Assembly (NCBI RefSeq): GCF_053078305.1
Contig: NZ_CP166879.1
Length of the DNA: 64,000 nt
Direction: 5' to 3' (one strand)
Shown: positions 52,301 to 61,700 of the stretch, in pieces
How positions within the stretch are numbered: the first letter of the stretch is position 1
Layout of the letters: the number at the start of each line of letters is the position of its first letter
Program-made: the position numbers and the translations under genes
The notes under the pieces: model-generated
The model's input: the letters and a program-made list of their open reading frames with translations, nothing else
Database searches by the model: none
What the model was told of the DNA's origin: nothing

Positions 52301-53527
52301 TCAGAACTCCCAGTTGACACCCACATTCCAGGAAACATCACCGTCACTGAACGCAGTACCTGCCTTTGCCGCAGCCTGTTCGTTAAAGCGATATCCCATG
52401 CCCACCGCAACAGCCTGCTTGTCACTGTACCCGCCCACTGCCGCTGTGGCGTTAAATTTACCCACACTGTATGGCTGGAAAAGACCGGCCAGCGCTGCTG
52501 ACTGGGCTGCTGCCCGCTTCATTTCCTCATGATTCTCATTAATCTGACGCTGCTGACTGTTCATACGACGCTCATGCGCCTGCAGGGTACGTGCCTGAGA
52601 AGCAATGGCGCGACTGTTGCGTTCACCCACCTGACGGTTACGGCTTACCGCAGCACGGTTTTCTGTGGCCATTTCCTGTGTACGTACCAGCCCTTCCTGT
52701 ACAGTAATTCGTTCACCGGTTCCCTCACCGCGCGTCACATAACCATGACTGTCCACAGCAACGGTACTTCCGGTATTTATCTGCTGTTGCTGGCTGTTCA
52801 GGCGCTCTTCATGCGTCTCCAGCACGTCTCTCTGGGAAAGCAGCCCCCTGGTGTTACGGTTTATGGCCACCGTGTTCCGGATAATATTCTCCCTGTTCTC
52901 TGCAGCAACCGTATCGGTATGGTCACGCGCCTTAAGTGCTTCCGCTGCAATCCGTCCACTGACGTCACTGTACACCTCATCCGCCTTCCGGTTCAGTTGC
53001 CCGACAGTGGCTGCATCCGTATCCCGTGTACCATCACTGACACCACCGAGAACCCGGGTTTTATCCGGTACACGCGGACTGGCCGGGTTTGTGACACCTG
53101 AGTCATATCCGATGTAGACTTCATTTTCACGGGTTGTACCGGACTGCTGACCAAGAGCCACTGAATACCTGTGCATTGCCTGTGCACCCGTACCCAGTGC
53201 TACTGAATTTAAAGCATCTGCAGATGCCCAGCTACCTACTGCCACACCATTAGACGCCTCCGGATTTACATAAGCAGACATCCCCACGGATGTGGAAAAC
53301 GGCGCATGCGCATACGATGCAGAGCCAAGAGCTGTCCCTGCCTTCCCGGCATTCGCCCATGCCCCCACTGCCGTGGAGTCAGTCTCTGATGCAGAGGCTG
53401 TGTCCGGAGACGCCCAGGAACTGCCATCCTGCGCAAACGCCGGAGCACCGGCAATCAGAAAGGAAATAAGCGATAAAGTAATACCGTGTCGATTTATTTT
53501 CATAAACAACCTCATTGATATACACAA
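52301..53527 (-). CDS. trimeric autotransporter adhesin (YadA-like anchor), about 400 aa
   Basis: Signal peptide (probable start at M5 or M9: [24 protein letters not shown]), coiled stalk and C-terminal YadA-type anchor ...[46 protein letters not shown]. Confidence 0.8.
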   Translation of the reverse strand: MCISMRLFMKINRHGITLSLISFLIAGAPAFAQDGSSWASPDTASASETDSTAVGAWANAGKAGTALGSASYAHAPFSTSVGMSAYVNPEASNGVAVGSWASADALNSVALGTGAQAMHRYSVALGQQSGTTRENEVYIGYDSGVTNPASPRVPDKTRVLGGVSDGTRDTDAATVGQLNRKADEVYSDVSGRIAAEALKARDHTDTVAAENRENIIRNTVAINRNTRGLLSQRDVLETHEERLNSQQQQINTGSTVAVDSHGYVTRGEGTGERITVQEGLVRTQEMATENRAAVSRNRQVGERNSRAIASQARTLQAHERRMNSQQRQINENHEEMKRAAAQSAALAGLFQPYSVGKFNATAAVGGYSDKQAVAVGMGYRFNEQAAAKAGTAFSDGDVSWNVGVNWEF

Positions 53528-53769
53528 TATACTGGCACAGAGTTAAATTAATATATAATCAGGAGAGAAGTGAAAGAGTACCCGGTGCGAAAATGAATTA
53601 ATCTGAGCAGATTTAACGGTAAACGAAGCGCAATAAATTAAAATTAAAAAACAAAATCACTTGCAGTCTATTATCTTTACGTTCCTCACCGCAACCGCAC
53701 ACAAAAACAAAACACACAATGCATTGATTTTAAACAAAAAAAACAAAACAGAAACTCAACACATAAAAA

Positions 53770-55698
53770 TCAGACAATATAAACAGAATTGTGATTTATA
53801 TCCTCAAGCGCTGTATTAACGAAATATATCTGTCCTCCTGCAATACCTGCCTCAACATCATTTCCGGTTTGTTTCAGACATGAAATAAACTCATCTGTCG
53901 ATGTAACAATACCCTTTGATAAAAACAGAAAATCTTTTTCACCCTTATGTTTATTAAAATCCATGATAAATGAATTCCCTTCACAAGCAGCATCAAAGAC
54001 GAAGACATCATGACCAGTACCACCATACAGATAATCATTACCTCCCCCACCATATAACCAGTCGTTACCTTCTGCTCCGTACAACTCATCATTACCAGAA
54101 GCCCCATGAAGATAATCATTCCCGCGACCTCCGTGTAAAAGACTTACTCCTTCTCCCCCGGCACTATGTAATATATCATTTCCGTCAAGACCAAAAATAA
54201 TATTTCCGAACAGACTATCATCTCCGTTTGTACCTTCTGTATGTTTTCCGTAATCAACATTTTTATTACGCCACTTCAGAAGATACCTGTGGTCTGTAAT
54301 CTGCTCTTCTTCTATCTGATAAGGGCTTAGTTTACTCCTCCAGTCACCAGAAAAAGAGATACCTTCAATACCTGTTGCCTCAGTCAGACCGGCTCCCCGT
54401 TCTGAATGGAAAAACAGCGTCCCATCACTGACCCTGTATATATTCCAGTCATCCATTACATCGCTAAGAAGCAGCGTGTCATACCCACTGCCACCATCAA
54501 CCCTGTTTGCTCCCTTACCTGGTTCAATCTTATCATTCCCTCCCCCTCCCTCTATATAGTCGCCACCCTTCCCGCCTGCCAGCAGATTATTGCCATCATT
54601 ACCGATGATGAATACAGGTCTTTCACGACTCTCATCCCCCTTGTCATGAACCCATGAATACCAGGATGTCCAGCTACTTTGCTCATCCACAATGACTGTA
54701 CTGTCCGGTGACATGTAGTCGTAAAACTGAGCCCCTAAAATTCTTTCAAAGGCGTCAGTTTTTAAACCCGCAAAATGCGCACTCCAGCTTCCCAGCGGGA
54801 GTGCAAGCACAGAAAAGGGGATAATATTCCAGAGGAATGAACCATAAAGGTCTGTGTATAAAACAATGTTATCAGGAGAAGAGTCATATTCACGATCCGG
54901 GGTTGTCAAGCCCGGCCCCATTGCTTTAACTGCCTCCCAGAACCCGGCTCCATCTCCCAGCACACGAAATACCGGATCGTTTTCAAAACCGATATTTAAT
55001 ACCTTCCCATCCCCGTCAAATACCAGCGGGGAAGCCCAGGCTATATAGTCAGAATTAGCATAAAAACCATCAGCCAGAGACTCACTGAGTCTGGCCATAA
55101 TGTTAGTCAACCCGCCCCCCAGGCTATAGCCTGTGACAATAACATATTCACCACTTAAACCATTACTGACTGCAAAGTCTCTGATACTTTGAAGCAGGTT
55201 TTCTGCTTCAGACAGCGCTTTTCCATTATTGAGCTGTGTATAATCAACAATATCGCAGATATCATTTGTTCCACAGAATGATATTGCAATTTTCTGTAGA
55301 TTCTGTTGAGCATCAAACAACCCAACAACTTTCAACTGAGGACCAAATCCTGGCGCAGGGTTTCCTGTAACCGGACTGGGAAAGCGATAAAAACCTCTTG
55401 AATCGACATATTCCGAAGATAACCTGAGTTCTTCCACTGTAATATCACGCCAGCCTTCATTAAGAACATCGGTAGAATAATCAATCCTATCTGGGTGCTT
55501 TGCAAATAGCCTGGATACCAGAAAACTTCCTAATCCAAGAACCTTTCCAGTGTTGGAATATATAGCAAGATTATAAGAAGAAGAAACAAGTTCTGCTACA
55601 TGTGCAAAAGAATAAGATTTATAATTAAACACCCCCATAAAATCTCCTCTGAATTCATTTAAATATCCTTCATTTATCCAAGAAGAAACAAAAAGCAT
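53770..55698 (-). CDS. RTX-repeat lipase/esterase (class-3 lipase fold with C-terminal beta-roll; probable T1SS substrate)
   Basis: GYSLGG nucleophile-elbow motif; C-terminal nonapeptide repeats (GGKGGDYIEGGGGNDKI; GGRGNDYLHGASGNDELYGAEGNDWLYGGGGNDYLYGGTGHD); no signal peptide. Start codon uncertain. Confidence 0.75.
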   Translation of the reverse strand: MLFVSSWINEGYLNEFRGDFMGVFNYKSYSFAHVAELVSSSYNLAIYSNTGKVLGLGSFLVSRLFAKHPDRIDYSTDVLNEGWRDITVEELRLSSEYVDSRGFYRFPSPVTGNPAPGFGPQLKVVGLFDAQQNLQKIAISFCGTNDICDIVDYTQLNNGKALSEAENLLQSIRDFAVSNGLSGEYVIVTGYSLGGGLTNIMARLSESLADGFYANSDYIAWASPLVFDGDGKVLNIGFENDPVFRVLGDGAGFWEAVKAMGPGLTTPDREYDSSPDNIVLYTDLYGSFLWNIIPFSVLALPLGSWSAHFAGLKTDAFERILGAQFYDYMSPDSTVIVDEQSSWTSWYSWVHDKGDESRERPVFIIGNDGNNLLAGGKGGDYIEGGGGNDKIEPGKGANRVDGGSGYDTLLLSDVMDDWNIYRVSDGTLFFHSERGAGLTEATGIEGISFSGDWRSKLSPYQIEEEQITDHRYLLKWRNKNVDYGKHTEGTNGDDSLFGNIIFGLDGNDILHSAGGEGVSLLHGGRGNDYLHGASGNDELYGAEGNDWLYGGGGNDYLYGGTGHDVFVFDAACEGNSFIMDFNKHKGEKDFLFLSKGIVTSTDEFISCLKQTGNDVEAGIAGGQIYFVNTALEDINHNSVYIV

Positions 55699-55797
55699 TA
55701 TTCTCAGATAAATTTTTTCAGTAAAAGAGCATACCTGGAGTAGAACTTACAACGAAAAAGATCCCCCCACAGCAACGACTGTGAGGGGATACTATTG

Positions 55798-58700
55798 TTA
55801 CACTACATTAGTGATTCTCTCATCAATCAGAACCTGTACATCAGGAACCGAAGCATGTGTATAAATGTTATAAGTGATATCCCCTTCAGACTCAGTGCTT
55901 CCTTTAATCCAGTTATACCCATTGTCACTGAGGTTATCCCCGTTATTACCGAGGTCAACCCGAGAACTACCATCACCTGTGACTTTGAGTTTATTACCCT
56001 CTATAGAGGCAGAATTTAAATTCTCAGCCAACAAATTCAGTGCAGCTCCATCTTTCAGTTCAATCTTCTCAAAACCAGAGAATGTGTTGCTTGTGGCATT
56101 ACCCTGATGAATAACCAAGGTATCAAATCCAGAACCACCTTTAATATTTGAAGCATTATCAATATTAGCCACAATATCGATTACATCATTACCAGCACCT
56201 AAATCCAAGGTTGATGATTTGAGCGCAGCAAGAGAATTACCTCCTAACAATAACAGGCTGTCATTTCCATCTTCCATAGTAACAGTCGTTTTCTCTATAA
56301 AACCACCATTATTTGGGTATCCCGAATCATTATCAGGTATTATGATATCTCCATCCAGTCGTTGATACTTAGCGGTTTCTTCAATGCGGTAAGAACCATC
56401 CTTCCCATATACGACATCATAACCGCCTCGACCAAAACCAACTATCAGGATATCATCACCGATACCTGTATTTACCTCGGTCCATAGATCACTATATCCA
56501 ATCCCCAAATCACGACCAGTCACGATGGTATCGTCACCTGCACCAGTATCGACAACCATTGGTCTTACCCAGCGAGAAACGCCCAGATTCCCCAGTGACA
56601 GTTCAGTCGTAATTATATTATCCCCCTCTGTCATTTCCAGTAGAGCGACGTTATTAGCACCATTCTTACTTATTACATAAACATTTGTCCCTACATTTGC
56701 CTCATGAGCCTTAATGGCCAAGAATGATTTAGAATCTTTTTGTAAATCATCATCAGCGATTTTGACCTTTTGACCTGAGCCAGCTGTAACTCCATGACCT
56801 TGCGTCATGTTTACATTACCTGTATAGATAACGGTTCCAATCCGATCTATTGCATCCGGCTTGCCGTTGCCGTTTTCATCCACTGCCGGTACATCGATAC
56901 CGTCAACTTTAGCCAGACGCCCGTTCAGACCGTCCTTCGCATCTCCGGCCGGCAGACCTTCCACCGCTTTCGCCGCATCTGCTTTCGCCGCCGTTACCGC
57001 ATCGTTCTTCGCCGCAAGATCATCATGCTCCTGCTGGGTGATCTTATTGTCAGCCTTCGCCTGAGTCAGCGCCGCTTCTGCTTCTTTTTCCTTCGCTTCC
57101 GCTTCTGCTACCTTGGCTGTCGCTGCATTCACCGCCTCTGCTGCTTCCTCTGCATCCGGCTTGCCGTTGCCGTTTTCATCCACTGCCGGTACATCGATAC
57201 CGTCAACTTTAGCCAGACGCCCGTTCAGACCGTCCTTCGCATCTCCGGCCGGCAGACCTTCCACCGCTTTCGCCGCATCTGCTTTCGCCGCCGTTACCGC
57301 ATCGTTCTTCGCCGCAAGATCATCATGCTCCTGCTGGGTGATCTTATTGTCAGCCTTCGCCTGAGTCAGCGCCGCTTCTGCTTCTTTTTCCTTCGCTTCC
57401 GCTTCTGCTACCTTGGCTGTCGCTGCATTCACCGCCTCTGCTGCTTCCTCTGCATCCGGCTTGCCGTTGCCGTTTTCATCCACTGCCGGTACATCGATAC
57501 CGTCAACTTTAGCCAGACGCCCGTTCAGACCGTCCTTCGCATCTCCGGCCGGCAGACCTTCCACCGCTTTCGCCGCATCTGCTTTCGCCGCCGTTACCGC
57601 ATCGTTCTTCGCCGCAAGATCATCATGCTCCTGCTGGGTGATCTTATTGTCAGCCTTCGCCTGAGTCAGCGCCGCTTCTGCTTCTTTTTCCTTCGCTTCC
57701 GCTTCTGCTACCTTGGCTGTCGCTGCATTCACCGCCTCTGCTGCTTCCTCTGCATCCGGCTTGCCGTTGCCGTTTTCATCCACTGCCGGTACATCGATAC
57801 CGTCAACTTTAGCCAGACGCCCGTTCAGACCGTCCTTCGCATCTCCGGCCGGCAGACCTTCCACCGCTTTCGCCGCATCTGCTTTCGCCGCCGTTACCGC
57901 ATCGTTCTTCGCCGCAAGATCATCATGCTCCTGCTGGGTGATCTTATTGTCAGCCTTCGCCTGAGTCAGCGCCGCTTCTGCTTCTTTTTCCTTCGCTTCC
58001 GCTTCTGCTACCTTGGCTGTCGCTGCATTCACCGCCTCTGCTGCTTCCTCTGCATCCGGCTTGCCGTTGCCGTTTTCATCCACTGCCGGTACATCGATAC
58101 CGTCAACTTTAGCCAGACGCCCGTTCAGACCGTCCTTCGCATCTCCGGCCGGCAGACCTTCCACCGCTTTCGCCGCATCTGCTTTCGCCGCCGTTACCGC
58201 ATCGTTCTTCGCCGCAAGATCATCATGCTCCTGCTGGGTGATCTTATTGTCAGCCTTCGCCTGAGTCAGCGCCGCTTCTGCTTCTTTTTCCTTCGCTTCC
58301 GCTTCTGCTACCTTGGCTGTCGCTGCATTCACCGCCTCTGCTGCTTCCTCTGCATCCGGCTTGCCGTTGCCGTTTTCATCCACTGCCGGTACATCGATAC
58401 CGTCAACTTTAGCCAGACGCCCGTTCAGACCGTCCTTCGCATCTCCGGCCGGCAGACCTTCCACCGCTTTCGCCGCATCTGCTTTCGCCGCCGTTACCGC
58501 ATCGTTCTTCGCCGCAAGATCATCATGCTCCTGCTGGGTGATCTTATTGTCAGCCTTCGCCTGAGTCAGCGCCGCTTCTGCTTCTTTTTCCTTCGCTTCC
58601 GCTTCTGCTACCTTGGCTGTCGCTGCATTCACCGCCTCTGCTGCTTCCTCTGCATCCGGCTTGCCGTTGCCGTTTTCATCCACTGCCGGTACATCGATAC

Positions 58701-61700
58701 CGTCAACTTTAGCCAGACGCCCGTTCAGACCGTCCTTCGCATCTCCGGCCGGCAGACCTTCCACCGCTTTCGCCGCATCTGCTTTCGCCGCCGTTACCGC
58801 ATCGTTCTTCGCCGCAAGATCATCATGCTCCTGCTGGGTGATCTTATTGTCAGCCTTCGCCTGAGTCAGCGCCGCTTCTGCTTCTTTTTCCTTCGCTTCC
58901 GCTTCTGCTACCTTGGCTGTCGCTGCATTCACCGCCTCTGCTGCTTCCTCTGCATCCGGCTTGCCGTTGCCGTTTTCATCCACTGCCGGTACATCGATAC
59001 CGTCAACTTTAGCCAGACGCCCGTTCAGACCGTCCTTCGCATCTCCGGCCGGCAGACCTTCCACCGCTTTCGCCGCATCTGCTTTCGCCGCCGTTACCGC
59101 ATCGTTCTTCGCCGCAAGATCATCATGCTCCTGCTGGGTGATCTTATTGTCAGCCTTCGCCTGAGTCAGCGCCGCTTCTGCTTCTTTTTCCTTCGCTTCC
59201 GCTTCTGCTACCTTGGCTGTCGCTGCATTCACCGCCTCTGCTGCTTCCTCTGCATCCGGCTTGCCGTTGCCGTTTTCATCCACTGCCGGTACATCGATAC
59301 CGTCAACTTTAGCCAGACGCCCGTTCAGACCGTCCTTCGCATCTCCGGCCGGCAGACCTTCCACCGCTTTCGCCGCATCTGCTTTCGCCGCCGTTACCGC
59401 ATCGTTCTTCGCCGCAAGATCATCATGCTCCTGCTGGGTGATCTTATTGTCAGCCTTCGCCTGAGTCAGCGCCGCTTCTGCTTCTTTTTCCTTCGCTTCC
59501 GCTTCTGCTACCTTGGCTGTCGCTGCATTCACCGCCTCTGCTGCTTCCTCTGCATCCGGCTTGCCGTTGCCGTTTTCATCCACTGCCGGTACATCGATAC
59601 CGTCAACTTTAGCCAGACGCCCGTTCAGACCGTCCTTCGCATCTCCGGCCGGCAGACCTTCCACCGCTTTCGCCGCATCTGCTTTCGCCGCCGTTACCGC
59701 ATCGTTCTTCGCCGCAAGATCATCATGCTCCTGCTGGGTGATCTTATTGTCAGCCTTCGCCTGAGTCAGCGCCGCTTCTGCTTCTTTTTCCTTCGCTTCC
59801 GCTTCTGCTACCTTGGCTGTCGCTGCATTCACCGCCTCTGCTGCTTCCTCTGCATCCGGCTTGCCGTTGCCGTTTTCATCCACTGCCGGTACATCGATAC
59901 CGTCAACTTTAGCCAGACGCCCGTTCAGACCGTCCTTCGCATCTCCGGCCGGCAGACCTTCCACCGCTTTCGCCGCATCTGCTTTCGCCGCCGTTACCGC
60001 ATCGTTCTTCGCCGCAAGATCATCATGCTCCTGCTGGGTGATCTTATTGTCAGCCTTCGCCTGAGTCAGCGCCGCTTCTGCTTCTTTTTCCTTCGCTTCC
60101 GCTTCTGCTACCTTGGCTGTCGCTGCATTCACCGCCTCTGCTGCTTCCTCTGCATCCGGCTTGCCGTTGCCGTTTTCATCCACTGCCGGTACATCGATAC
60201 CGTCAACTTTAGCCAGACGCCCGTTCAGACCGTCCTTCGCATCTCCGGCCGGCAGACCTTCCACCGCTTTCGCCGCATCTGCTTTCGCCGCCGTTACCGC
60301 ATCGTTCTTCGCCGCAAGATCATCATGCTCCTGCTGGGTGATCTTATTGTCAGCCTTCGCCTGAGTCAGCGCCGCTTCTGCTTCTTTTTCCTTCGCTTCC
60401 GCTTCTGCTACCTTGGCTGTCGCTGCATTCACCGCCTCTGCTGCTTCCTCTGCATCCGGCTTGCCGTTGCCGTTTTCATCCACTGCCGGTACATCGATAC
60501 CGTCAACTTTAGCCAGACGCCCGTTCAGACCGTCCTTCGCATCTCCGGCCGGCAGACCTTCCACCGCTTTCGCCGCATCTGCTTTCGCCGCCGTTACCGC
60601 ATCGTTCTTCGCCGCAAGATCATCATGCTCCTGCTGGGTGATCTTATTGTCAGCCTTCGCCTGAGTCAGCGCCGCTTCTGCTTCTTTTTCCTTCGCTTCC
60701 GCTTCTGCTACCTTGGCTGTCGCTGCATTCACCGCCTCTGCTGCTTCCTCTGCATCCGGCTTGCCGTTGCCGTTTTCATCCACTGCCGGTACATCGATAC
60801 CGTCAACTTTAGCCAGACGCCCGTTCAGACCGTCCTTCGCATCTCCGGCCGGCAGACCTTCCACCGCTTTCGCCGCATCTGCTTTCGCCGCCGTTACCGC
60901 ATCGTTCTTCGCCGCAAGATCATCATGCTCCTGCTGGGTGATCTTATTGTCAGCCTTCGCCTGAGTCAGCGCCGCTTCTGCTTCTTTTTCCTTCGCTTCC
61001 GCTTCTGCTACCTTGGCTGTCGCTGCATTCACCGCCTCTGCTGCTTCCTCTGCATCCGGCTTGCCGTTGCCGTTTTCATCCACTGCCGGTACATCGATAC
61101 CGTCAACTTTAGCCAGACGCCCGTTCAGACCGTCCTTCGCATCTCCGGCCGGCAGACCTTCCACCGCTTTCGCCGCATCTGCTTTCGCCGCCGTTACCGC
61201 ATCGTTCTTCGCCGCAAGATCATCATGCTCCTGCTGGGTGATCTTATTGTCAGCCTTCGCCTGAGTCAGCGCCGCTTCTGCTTCTTTTTCCTTCGCTTCC
61301 GCTTCTGCTACCTTGGCTGTCGCTGCATTCACCGCCTCTGCTGCTTCCTCTGCATCCGGCTTGCCGTTGCCGTTTTCATCCACTGCCGGTACATCGATAC
61401 CGTCAACTTTAGCCAGACGCCCGTTCAGACCGTCCTTCGCATCTCCGGCCGGCAGACCTTCCACCGCTTTCGCCGCATCTGCTTTCGCCGCCGTTACCGC
61501 ATCGTTCTTCGCCGCAAGATCATCATGCTCCTGCTGGGTGATCTTATTGTCAGCCTTCGCCTGAGTCAGCGCCGCTTCTGCTTCTTTTTCCTTCGCTTCC
61601 GCTTCTGCTACCTTGGCTGTCGCTGCATTCACCGCCTCTGCTGCTTCCTCTGCATCCGGCTTGCCGTTGCCGTTTTCATCCACTGCCGGTACATCGATAC

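Noticed and set aside
52529-53117. 190-aa and 88-aa plus-strand ORFs
   Set aside because: Antisense to the trimeric autotransporter gene, whose YadA-type anchor is unambiguous.
53736-53743. A8 homopolymer between the lipase and autotransporter genes as a phase-variation switch
   Set aside because: It lies about 30 bp after the lipase stop and more than 200 bp before the autotransporter start, not within a promoter spacer or coding region, so there is no positional support.
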